Counted from the stretch's first letter, positions 1 through 6,952 are shown. The stretch is 13,372 nucleotides of DNA from a virus (IMGVR_UViG_3300038451_000684), one strand, 5' to 3'. Notes: a model not told the origin generated them from the letters alone. Program-made: numbers and translations.

Positions 1-28
1 GGACGTTCCCGCCCGCGCGCGGTGCTGG

Positions 29-295
29 TTAATGACCAATTTGCGCAGCATTGTAGACGTTCGACGGTGACGCCGTCGTCACCGTGTAATTGCAGCTGCC
101 CGGCATCTCCGCGTTGTCCTGAACCGGTGTATAAGTCCAAGCAGCAATTTGCGGTTCCGGCCGAAAAGGTTCTTGAAGACCTCTAGTCAGTCGCGAGATT
201 GCATCCCTTTCTACTCCGGCTTCGCGCTTGAGGGTTTCAGCGGCGGACGCGAAGCAAGATACCCCAGCGAAAGGTTTTTGCCGCTGGGGTGTCAG
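29..295 (-). CDS. Putative -1 frameshift extension (88 codons) of the 292..513 gene, giving a 161-aa fusion
   Basis: The -1 frame is open from 376 to TAA at 31-29, with no ATG/GTG/TTG until about 25 codons before its end. Translation: LTPQRQKPFAGVSCFASAAETLKREAGVERDAISRLTRGLQEPFRPEPQIAAWTYTPVQDNAEMPGSCNYTVTTASPSNVYNAAQIGH. It is entered from the slippery site at 301-295. Confidence 0.5.
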   Translation of the reverse strand: MTPQRQKPFAGVSCFASAAETLKREAGVERDAISRLTRGLQEPFRPEPQIAAWTYTPVQDNAEMPGSCNYTVTTASPSNVYNAAQIGH

Positions 296-320
296 AAAGG
301 GCGGACGACAATATCCACCT
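261..320 (-). promoter_or_regulatory. Candidate -1 programmed ribosomal frameshift signal
   Basis: SD-like AGGTG (320-316), X XXY YYZ heptamer C CCT TTC (301-295), TGA (294-292), then a perfect 9-bp stem ACCCCAGCG (290-282) / CGCTGGGGT (269-261). Confidence 0.6.
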
Positions 321-513
321 GCGGCAGCTTGTCCAGGTACTCTTCGGGGATGCTGCGCGAAGCCAGAATCGATACCTCATCCGGGCCCGCCGCCAGCACC
401 CTTGTTACGTCGGTCAGGATCACCGACTTGGTTGTTTCTTCGTTGCCCGCCAAGTCTTTCTTTGCCTTGGGGTGGTATAGAACTGCATATTCAAACAAAC
501 TGCTTTTCGCCAT
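292..513 (-). CDS. Small phage hypothetical protein ending in VRPF (73 aa)
   Basis: Strong RBS AAAGGAG before ATG 513; globular alpha/beta-like composition; the 5' end overlaps the upstream gene by 23 nt. Confidence 0.85.
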   Translation of the reverse strand: MAKSSLFEYAVLYHPKAKKDLAGNEETTKSVILTDVTRVLAAGPDEVSILASRSIPEEYLDKLPQVDIVVRPF

Positions 514-751
514 TGTTTTCTCCTTTGGTACTTGTTGTGCTTGTTTCCACCAGGAATCTGTCCAGCAATTTGTGTGCGCATACCTGTCCGCAAAGATGAA
601 TGGCGTTCATGCTGTCAAGGTCGTTTTCGATCTCCGCCGCGTCCCACGCTTCAATGGAAAAGCAGACTGCGTCCTTGGTTGCCACAAACCAATGGTTGGC
701 TTCCTTGCGCTCGACTCCACAGATATCGCAGTTGTAGCTGGTTCGCTTCAT
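491..751 (-). CDS. Small Zn-finger-like protein (CxxC...NHWF...HLCGxxC), 86 aa
   Basis: The ORF track starts at 829, but ATG 751 has AAAGGA 8 nt upstream, directly after the stop of the upstream gene. The CDICG...NHWFVA...HLCGQVCAHKL pattern resembles a family I recall from Acidobacteriota (unverified). Confidence 0.8.
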   Translation of the reverse strand: MKRTSYNCDICGVERKEANHWFVATKDAVCFSIEAWDAAEIENDLDSMNAIHLCGQVCAHKLLDRFLVETSTTSTKGENNGEKQFV

Positions 752-765
752 CGCGCCATTCCTTT

Positions 766-1125
766 TCAGGCATCGTAAAAATGCGTGTAGTCGATTCTTT
801 TCGAACCCTTCTCCCGATTGCATTGCCAATGCGCCACACCGTTGTAAGGCTTCATCACGCCCGTTTTCTTGTCGAGTTTTTCAATGCTGTCGTCCCGATG
901 GCCACCGTTCATGCCGCGACCGTCCTGATGTTCAAAGGTGGCCTCGGCAATCTTCAGAGAGCCGGGGCAACCGGCAATATACCCTTCCAGGCAACAGCGC
1001 TTCTTTTGCCGCAGTTGCATCACTCGCAGCCGCCGCGCATATTCATCCCGTCCGGCCTTGGTCAGCAGGTTGCAGATTTCGCGGCCATCCGCCAGCTTCA
1101 CGCCCCACGGCGTTTTGATCCTCAC
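766..1125 (-). CDS. HNH (His-Me finger) endonuclease-like protein
   Basis: Motifs RCC...TFEH...YNGVAHWQCNREKGS match the H-N-H/N pattern. The GTG start is uncertain. Confidence 0.7.
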   Translation of the reverse strand: MRIKTPWGVKLADGREICNLLTKAGRDEYARRLRVMQLRQKKRCCLEGYIAGCPGSLKIAEATFEHQDGRGMNGGHRDDSIEKLDKKTGVMKPYNGVAHWQCNREKGSKRIDYTHFYDA

Positions 1126-1152
1126 AATCCCACATCGCTCTCTCCCCCGAAT

Positions 1153-1227
1153 TGCTAGTGGACAGCTAACAGTGGGCAGTAAACAGTTTTTTGCTGTTCA
1201 CTATTCACTGGCCGCTGTCTGCCGTCT
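1153..1227. repeat. Inverted array of degenerate heptamers (5 units, A5 loop, 5 units)
   Basis: Minus strand: AGACGGC AGACAGC GGCCAGT GAATAGT GAACAGC AAAAA ACTGTTT ACTGCCC ACTGTTA GCTGTCC ACTAGCA. Confidence 0.8.
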
Positions 1228-1588
1228 CCAGTTTTTTCAGCGCGTCGGTTTCTTCTTGCGCCAGCTTCCGGCCAACCTGAATGCCCCAGTACAAAAACTC
1301 CATTGGTACTTTGAACGCTTCAAAGTTGGCCAGAATTGCCTTTCCCACGTAGTCATCTTCGTTTTGCCCTGCAGCGTTTGCTTGCATCCAAGTGCCAAGC
1401 TTTGGGGCCCCCAGCGCCGCTACGAGTGTGTTCACCGCCAACGTTGCGGCAATTTTTCTGCTTTGCAGCGCTTCTTCCACTATCTCGCGGAAATCATCGC
1501 CCACCGACAAGCCAAAATTGCGATTGCTGAACTCGTCGCTGACCTTCATTTCCGCTTCCAGCATCGACTTAATCTGCGTTCCAATCAT
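1205..1588 (-). CDS. Hypothetical protein (127 aa)
   Basis: RBS AGGAGG 5 nt before ATG; helical composition; no recognisable motif. Confidence 0.8.
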   Translation of the reverse strand: MIGTQIKSMLEAEMKVSDEFSNRNFGLSVGDDFREIVEEALQSRKIAATLAVNTLVAALGAPKLGTWMQANAAGQNEDDYVGKAILANFEAFKVPMEFLYWGIQVGRKLAQEETDALKKLETADSGQ

Positions 1589-1599
1589 CTCTTCCTCCT

Positions 1600-1637
1600 C
1601 TGTTTTTCACTGTTCTCTGTTCGCTGTTCACTGTTTT
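1600..1637 (-). repeat. Tandem NGAACAG heptamer array
   Basis: AAAACAG TGAACAG CGAACAG AGAACAG TGAAAAACAG. It contains the upstream gene's TGA stop and abuts the AGGAGG RBS of the next gene. Confidence 0.85.
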
Positions 1638-1837
1638 CGAAACTTTTTGGCCATCGGGCAAGTTGCCCAGTGCGCAATGGCCGGAGAATCCGGCTTTGCC
1701 ATCGGCTCCATGGGAATCTGATGGCCTTTTGGCGTGCGCCACCACTCAATGATTTGCAGGCAACCATCGCACACCCCATGATCCAGAAACGTATAGCCCT
1801 GTTCGTGCATCTGCTGCGCGTTTTCAGGAAACGACAT
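1628..1837 (-). CDS. Small phage Zn-binding protein (CxxC...HWATC)
   Basis: CDGC-x-IIEWWRTPKGHQIPM...HWATCP pattern typical of small phage proteins; RBS AAGGGGGAG. Confidence 0.8.
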   Translation of the reverse strand: MSFPENAQQMHEQGYTFLDHGVCDGCLQIIEWWRTPKGHQIPMEPMAKPDSPAIAHWATCPMAKKFRKQ

Positions 1838-1850
1838 GATCTCCCCCTTC

Positions 1851-2693
1851 TCATGCTCTTAATCGGTCCTGCCGCTCCCTGACCTTGCCAATAATCCAAT
1901 TGCGGCCTCTAGGCGTTACCAACGTCTGCGCCACCATCACCATTGAGCCGTTGTTGGGCACCTGGGTGTATCGGATTTTGAAATACCCTTCGTCGATATA
2001 GCGTTGGTAGGGCGTGTTGTGAATCAGCTTGTCTTTCGGGTTACGCTGCAAGATTTTTTCTTGCCGCAGGATTTCAAACAACCGGTTTTGACCAATGATG
2101 AGCAAGTCCAGCGGTTTGGCAACCTCATTCATCGTCAGCAAACCATCCGTGTTGGCGATCATGTCTGCCACAAATGCTTTGGGCTTGAGGATTGCATTTT
2201 GCTGCGTAAGCGCTGCGCTCTCCTGAGCGAGCCGTTGCGCCCGTTCGTACGCGTCAGCCCAAGCGCGGGCGGCAATCGCTGGCTTAGTAAAATCTGGAAT
2301 CTTTGGTTCCGCCAGTTTTGCCTCCAGCTCCTGCCAGCGATCGATAATCCGCGCGCGCAAATCCACCCGATAGCCGGAGATCAGAACCAGCGTTTCTCTC
2401 TTCGGCAACAGGATTTCCGCAATGGAACCGAGGTTATCCCGGCGGATTGTAATTCCTTTGTTTGCAATAGTCGGGAAATCGACTGTTGATTCAAAAGTAG
2501 TTATCCGGACCTTTTGTTCGTAGGGAATCACGGCCAGATCGACGTTTGGACGCGGATAAAGGTCGCAAAGCATCACGCGAATATCAACTAGGACGTGATT
2601 GTGCTCTTTTCTGGTCAGCTCCGCGATTTCGCGACTGCTCATCGTGACTGGCACATTTGTTTCCTCGCCAAATGGGAGCAATGCAGTGCCCAT
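1851..2693 (-). CDS. rha: Rha-family N-terminus fused to a phage antirepressor ANT/KilAC C-terminal domain
   Basis: MSSREIAELTRKEHNHVLVDIR and LISGYRVDLRARIIDRWQELE (Rha); KPKA...IGQNRLFEILR...TPYQRYIDEGYF...TLVTPRG (ANT). RBS AAGGAGGT supports ATG 2693. Confidence 0.9.
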   Translation of the reverse strand: MGTALLPFGEETNVPVTMSSREIAELTRKEHNHVLVDIRVMLCDLYPRPNVDLAVIPYEQKVRITTFESTVDFPTIANKGITIRRDNLGSIAEILLPKRETLVLISGYRVDLRARIIDRWQELEAKLAEPKIPDFTKPAIAARAWADAYERAQRLAQESAALTQQNAILKPKAFVADMIANTDGLLTMNEVAKPLDLLIIGQNRLFEILRQEKILQRNPKDKLIHNTPYQRYIDEGYFKIRYTQVPNNGSMVMVAQTLVTPRGRNWIIGKVRERQDRLRA

Positions 2694-2708
2694 TGTCCGC
2701 ACCTCCTT

Positions 2709-3527
2709 TTACGCTGCTTCCTCGTCGTCTCCGCCTGCGCCGCAGCACATCTTCAGAACCTCGGCCATCTCCTGAAGGTGAGCCGCAAACAGCTTGCGCA
2801 GTTCTTCCAGATCCTCCACACTGTGCGCTTCCGTCACCGCGCGCGTAAGCCGGGGAATCGCTTCGGTCATGAAGCCCACCAGCGTCGGCCGGTCGTGGTA
2901 TTCCGCAATCATCAGTTCCAGCGCATAGCCCGGGTCGTCAATGCCGTGCTCCTGCTGCCAGTCTTCCAGGCCGCGTTCGATTACTTCGCGTTGCGCCTGC
3001 TTGATGCGCCACTTGATCGTGACGTAGACCTCGGCCACCGGCTTGCCTTGGGTGATTGCCGCCACCCGCACCAGTTCGCCTTCGAATTCCTTGGCTGTCA
3101 GTGTGGCCGCCGACTGCAACAGCGCCGCGTCTCCCCGTGTTGAAAGCGGAGCTGCCGCCAGTTGCTCGGCGTTCTCGATGGTCATGGCCAGGAATTGCTC
3201 TTTGCTCAGCATCGGGAACTTCTCCGCCAAGCCCACCATCTTGTACCAGGTCGAACGGCCAATGCCCAAGCGTTTGGGACCACACGTTGCCCGGTAGTGC
3301 TTTTCGTCGACGTAGCCCAGCCTCTGCCATCCGTCGTGGCGTTTGATGAAGTAGCCATCCCAGCCGATCACCATGGAGCGCTTCACCAGCCCGACCCATG
3401 CCTCACAGATGTTCCGGTCGCTTTCTCTCAGTTGTTCGTCCAGACTCGTGCGGGGCATGACTTCACCCTGCATCACCATCCCCGGCACCAAGACTGGCCC
3501 GGCGGAGCAAAGCATCATAGTCGCCAT
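2709..3527 (-). CDS. Hypothetical protein, possible HTH DNA-binding segment
   Basis: RBS GAGGAGG; LGIGRSTWYKMVGLA resembles an HTH recognition helix; ends EEAA. Confidence 0.75.
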   Translation of the reverse strand: MATMMLCSAGPVLVPGMVMQGEVMPRTSLDEQLRESDRNICEAWVGLVKRSMVIGWDGYFIKRHDGWQRLGYVDEKHYRATCGPKRLGIGRSTWYKMVGLAEKFPMLSKEQFLAMTIENAEQLAAAPLSTRGDAALLQSAATLTAKEFEGELVRVAAITQGKPVAEVYVTIKWRIKQAQREVIERGLEDWQQEHGIDDPGYALELMIAEYHDRPTLVGFMTEAIPRLTRAVTEAHSVEDLEELRKLFAAHLQEMAEVLKMCCGAGGDDEEAA

Positions 3528-3562
3528 TTCATTTCCTCCTCAGTAACAGCCAATCCAATCGC

Positions 3563-3979
3563 TCATAAATCTTGATGAAGCACCCATTTTGGGGCCATGC
3601 GCATCCGCGCTCTCATTACCAATGGTTTTAGTTTTTCGACCGTTTCCTCCAGCCTCCGGCAAAAGGCGCTCAACTCTCGTCCGCTCATCCATTGAAAATT
3701 GCGGCATCCCCCCGAGCCGTCTGGGGAATAACCCGCTTCTTGCAAGCAGCCGCAGTATTGCTCCACCGCTTGCGCCAATTCCGCATTTTGAATTTCCCCA
3801 GCGAGCATCCGCAGTTTCGGCATTGTCGAAATATGGAACCGGCGCACGCATTGCCGCGCTTCGCCAGCGCTTAACTCCGTCTGGCTAAAACACCGTTGCA
3901 GAAACAACGCCAAGAAGAGCGGATATCCGTCATCCGCTCTTTCATTGACGTTTGCCTCAAAGCACTCAACCGTTGTCAT
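3563..3979 (-). CDS. Hypothetical protein (about 138 aa)
   Basis: ATG 3979 (or GTG 3982) has AAGGA 7 nt upstream and overlaps the end of the upstream gene; it fills the gap in the operon. Confidence 0.7.
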   Translation of the reverse strand: MTTVECFEANVNERADDGYPLFLALFLQRCFSQTELSAGEARQCVRRFHISTMPKLRMLAGEIQNAELAQAVEQYCGCLQEAGYSPDGSGGCRNFQWMSGRELSAFCRRLEETVEKLKPLVMRARMRMAPKWVLHQDL

Positions 3980-4382
3980 CACCTTTTCCTTCGAGATTCA
4001 GCTTTTTGAGCTTGTCAAAATTGGCTTTCTGAAAAACGTCGGTCAGCGCCGCTTCCACACGCTCGATCTTCTCTGTAACTTTCTTGCGATCTTCGAGCTT
4101 GGCTTTGCTGTAATACGCCACCGCCAGCTTTCCCGCTTCATCGTATTGTTCCTGGTCCGGGCGCAGCTTCCGCAGTTGCCCTTCCAAAGCCTTTAACTCA
4201 TTGACAGCTTTGATCGTCTTGTCCACCCGCCCGCTAATCTCCTCGTGGACAAAATGATTCACAACCTGGCCGGAAACCTCTCCGGTGGTCTCCTCTACTT
4301 GAGCACGCACCTTGACCCAAAACTCAGCTGATGCTTTCAGCTCTTCCCGTCCGTCCGTTGCTTCCACTTTGACTTCCCCCAT
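3966..4382 (-). CDS. Coiled-coil phage hypothetical protein
   Basis: RBS AAAGGA 6 nt before ATG 4382; E/K-rich heptads (LKALEGQLRKLRPD...YSKAKLEDRKKVTEKIERVEAAL). Confidence 0.85.
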   Translation of the reverse strand: MGEVKVEATDGREELKASAEFWVKVRAQVEETTGEVSGQVVNHFVHEEISGRVDKTIKAVNELKALEGQLRKLRPDQEQYDEAGKLAVAYYSKAKLEDRKKVTEKIERVEAALTDVFQKANFDKLKKLNLEGKGDDNG

Positions 4383-4416
4383 CACAGATCCTTTCTGAGT
4401 TGTTGAAAAATGTTTG

Positions 4417-4641
4417 CTACTCCTGTTCGCGCCCGAGACACTGGTCGAGCCAGGAGTGGAAGTGAATGGTCAACGTCTTGGCCTCGTCGGCCGTCAGTCC
4501 GTTGTCCAAAGAAAAGCTTGATCCGTCCTTGCGCACTCCCAGCACCAGCAGCTTGGCAATCTGCGCATCCTCTTCCACGATGCGCGCCGCAATGGTCCGC
4601 ACTCCGTTTTTCTGTTCTCCATTTTCTGTTTCTTCAGGCAT
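4417..4641 (-). CDS. Hypothetical protein (74 aa)
   Basis: RBS GAAAGG/GGCGGA; the N-terminus is encoded by degenerate heptamers GAAACAG AAAATGG AGAACAG. Confidence 0.75.
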   Translation of the reverse strand: MPEETENGEQKNGVRTIAARIVEEDAQIAKLLVLGVRKDGSSFSLDNGLTADEAKTLTIHFHSWLDQCLGREQE

Positions 4642-4654
4642 AAGCAGTTCCGCC

Positions 4655-4689
4655 TTTCCCTAACCCCTACCCCCTACTCCCCAACCCCT
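4655..4689 (-). repeat. G-rich heptamer array, potential G-quadruplex
   Basis: AGGGGTT GGGGAGT AGGGGGT AGGGGTT AGGGAAA: five G-runs of 3 or more G with 2-4 nt loops, in exact 7-nt register. Confidence 0.85.
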
Positions 4690-4708
4690 GCGAACGCTTT
4701 GCGTTCGC
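4690..4708. other. Perfect 8-bp hairpin immediately after a stop codon, no U-tract
   Basis: GCGAACGC-AAA-GCGTTCGC on the minus strand, between TGA 4711-4709 and the G-rich array. Confidence 0.7.
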
Positions 4709-4945
4709 TCACTCCACTCTCCACACCCGCATTCCCTCGTCGTCGTACTTGCAATAGAAATGCTTCTCTCTTTGCAATCCATAAAGACCAACATCGATAC
4801 TCGATATGGGCGGAAAAATGCTGTTCGGTGCGTTGGGAATGTAAATGCTATCCAGTATCTCCATCTGCATTAGCTCCGGCACGACCTTCTCCGCCCGAGG
4901 TTTGACATCCGGTAGCGGCACATTCTTTTCGATTGCAATCGTCAC
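4709..4945 (-). CDS. Small phage protein, putative DNA-binding (IEKNVPLP...DS...RVWR family)
   Basis: GTG 4945 overlaps the upstream TGA (GTGA) and has GAGG upstream; the motif pattern is typical of small phage proteins. Confidence 0.75.
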   Translation of the reverse strand: MTIAIEKNVPLPDVKPRAEKVVPELMQMEILDSIYIPNAPNSIFPPISSIDVGLYGLQREKHFYCKYDDEGMRVWRVE

Positions 4946-5172
4946 TGTGCTTCCTCGCATTCATCTGGATATAAATCAATTTCGTGATCATTTTCAGCGC
5001 GACCGCAATAAAGAAAACCTGCTGGCAGCTTGTGGTCCATTCGAACCATCGCGCCTCCCTGTCTGCTTCTTTCCAGAGGGCGCACGACAACGCCATATTG
5101 CTCGTCCAGTTTTCCGCCAAAAACCCCGGTTCCACGAACAACGATTCGTTGTCCAACACGCAGTTCTTTCAT
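4942..5172 (-). CDS. Hypothetical protein, SH3-like beta barrel
   Basis: ATGA overlap with the methyltransferase stop; LRVGQRIVVRG...GVVV pattern. Confidence 0.75.
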   Translation of the reverse strand: MKELRVGQRIVVRGTGVFGGKLDEQYGVVVRPLERSRQGGAMVRMDHKLPAGFLYCGRAENDHEIDLYPDECEEAQ

Positions 5173-6749
5173 CTCGCCTCCGCTTGATTGAACAGCGGCG
5201 CATCCGCCTCAATCCGCCGCCGCGCAATCTCCACATACTCCGGGTTCACTTCAATGCCGATGAAATTGAAGCCTTCTTGCAGCGCCGCAATGCCCGTCGA
5301 TCCCGAGCCCATAAAGCAGTCCAGCACCGTGCCTCCCGGCGGCGTCATCAGCCGGCACAGATAGCGCATTAACGCAATGGGCTTCACGGTCGGATGATTG
5401 TTGCCGCGCATTTTGACGGTGTTCATTCCGCTGTCGCCTTTGTGGTCCAGGTTGCCGCGCTTTACCTCCGCTTGCGCCTGATTGCCATAAGCCAAGGGCT
5501 GTGCAGCAAGGCCAGCGCAGCCGATCTCGCGTTCTTCTTTGCTGGCCTTGGCGCAATAAAAGAACCGCGCTGCGGAACCTGCATCCAAGCGGCGGGCGCC
5601 CGGCAGCGCGGCAAAGTTAGTTGCCCCTTCTGTCGCGTAACGGCGGTTGGCGCTTGGCTCCCCATCGCGCGGGGTTGAGGTTGCGCGCGTTTTGAATTTC
5701 CCGTAGATGCCTTGCGTACTAAAACTTGGTTCCTCGCCGGTTACCACACCCACCGCACCCGGCGCGTCAGGAAACGCCGCCAGCACTTCTTCGCTGCCGT
5801 CATGGATTACGTTGGCCGGCCACCGGCCCATTTGATTTGGAATGACAACGCGGCGGTTTTCCTCGTGCGCGATAATGTTTCCGCCATTGCCGCCGTTGAT
5901 GTGCGTCCGCAACTGTGGATTCAAAGCAAGATTGCCCTCATCCACCGTCACGTACTCCACGCGGCACGCATCGATGTTCAGCGCTCCGGTTCCGTATTGC
6001 AGAACATTGGCCGCCACGGTTCCGGCCAGCGGCTTACGCGCAACAACTATTGGTTCGTGCGCCGGTTTCAGCGCCGTGCCCCAGCCTGCCCATTGCATGG
6101 CGGCATCTGTAGCCGGTGCAGTAATTGGTTGTGCCGGATAGTCATAACTGACTTTGCGCGTGTCGCTGTATTGCTGCTGAGCTTTGCCGCGGTGATAAGG
6201 TGGCGGTCCAATGACCTTCCGTTCGGCTCCCGCCATCTTGTCAATCGCCTTGCTCACGTCCAGCGATTTTGGGAAGCCGCTGCCATAAATCCACATAATC
6301 TGATCGCGAATCTCGAAGCCCGCGTCCTCGACGGCGCAAGCCAGCCGATGGTAAGTGCGGCTGCCGCCAAAGGCCAGCAGATACCCGCCCGGCTTCAACA
6401 CGCGCAGCGCTTCTTGCGCCCAGCGCTCATGCCACTCTTGCAGCGCTTGCATCACATGCTCGTCGGCGCCGTAGCTCGCGCCGTTGCCGTTGCGCACCTT
6501 GCTGCGGCCATACGGGCTGTCCGGCGTCTGCATCGTACCGTCGAATCCTTGACGGTGATCGGTCTTTTTCGTTTTTGGGCTAACCCCTAACCCCTGATTC
6601 CTAACCCCTGCTTTCCATGGCGCATCCCAGTCTTTGCCCATGAACTCCAGCCCATACGGAGGGTCGGTCACGATGGCGTCCACCGACTCATCCGCCAGCG
6701 TCTTCAGTTGCTCCATCACGTCGCCCTCCAGAATTCGATACACGCTCAC
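5169..6749 (-). CDS. Beta-class N6-adenine/N4-cytosine DNA methyltransferase (N6_N4_Mtase family)
   Basis: N-terminal catalytic DPPY, HPTVKP, C-terminal SAM-binding FMGSGSTG, separated by a long variable region. Start is GTG 6749 or 6743, downstream of the stop at 6758. No cognate restriction enzyme is seen. Confidence 0.95.
   Translation of the reverse strand: MSVYRILEGDVMEQLKTLADESVDAIVTDPPYGLEFMGKDWDAPWKAGVRNQGLGVSPKTKKTDHRQGFDGTMQTPDSPYGRSKVRNGNGASYGADEHVMQALQEWHERWAQEALRVLKPGGYLLAFGGSRTYHRLACAVEDAGFEIRDQIMWIYGSGFPKSLDVSKAIDKMAGAERKVIGPPPYHRGKAQQQYSDTRKVSYDYPAQPITAPATDAAMQWAGWGTALKPAHEPIVVARKPLAGTVAANVLQYGTGALNIDACRVEYVTVDEGNLALNPQLRTHINGGNGGNIIAHEENRRVVIPNQMGRWPANVIHDGSEEVLAAFPDAPGAVGVVTGEEPSFSTQGIYGKFKTRATSTPRDGEPSANRRYATEGATNFAALPGARRLDAGSAARFFYCAKASKEEREIGCAGLAAQPLAYGNQAQAEVKRGNLDHKGDSGMNTVKMRGNNHPTVKPIALMRYLCRLMTPPGGTVLDCFMGSGSTGIAALQEGFNFIGIEVNPEYVEIARRRIEADAPLFNQAEAR
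6580..6609 (-). repeat. AGGGGTT heptamer array in-frame inside the methyltransferase gene
   Basis: AGGGGTT AGGAATC AGGGGTT AGGGGTT AG, encoding AGVRNQGLGVS. Confidence 0.85.
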
Positions 6750-6757
6750 TCCCGCAG

Positions 6758-6952
6758 TTACTTCTTGTCGTTTGCGCTTACAACCACTTGAAGCACAGAC
6801 AGCATTAGCCTTACCGGCACATAAATCCAAAACAAAAACCAGATCAAGCGATCAGGATGGATTGCGCTCAGTATCGTGTACACCAGGAAGTACCAGATTG
6901 GCGCCGTCACGCAAACAGCAAGCAATCCCGTGAAAATTTTTAAACCCTTCAT
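6758..6952 (-). CDS. Small two-TM membrane protein (64 aa)
   Basis: Two hydrophobic stretches (IFTGLLAVCVTAPIWYFLVYTIL; LIWFLFWIYVPVRLMLSVLQVVV); RBS GAAAGG/GGAGAG. Confidence 0.8.
   Translation of the reverse strand: MKGLKIFTGLLAVCVTAPIWYFLVYTILSAIHPDRLIWFLFWIYVPVRLMLSVLQVVVSANDKK

Noticed and set aside
187-204. AGAAAGGG-ATG mini-ORF MQSRD as an independent start for the distal region
   Set aside because: The SD-like sequence abuts the ATG with no spacer, the ORF is 5 codons long, and it is not in the long open frame.
261-290. Hairpin as a Rho-independent terminator
   Set aside because: Followed by AUCUUGCUUC rather than a U-tract; its position 4 nt after a slippery heptamer fits a frameshift stimulator better. 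Weak termination is not excluded.
938-1882. 314-aa plus-strand ORF
   Set aside because: Antisense to four minus-strand genes with good RBSs and motifs; no RBS or recognisable domain. Treated as a shadow ORF.
3546-3560. DWIGC peptide shared between the mini-ORF and the C5 methyltransferase remnant
   Set aside because: Only five residues with several different codons; cannot be distinguished from chance.
3540-3851. 103-aa alternative-frame ORF
   Set aside because: Nested in 3563..3979, which has the RBS and the upstream coupling; only its last 8 codons are noted as a possible mini-ORF.
5712-6590. 292-aa plus-strand ORF, plus other long antisense ORFs (149..778, 532..1158, 7909..8622, 12707..13270)
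   Set aside because: They mirror well-supported minus-strand genes in GC-rich DNA and have Arg/Ala/His-rich shadow composition.
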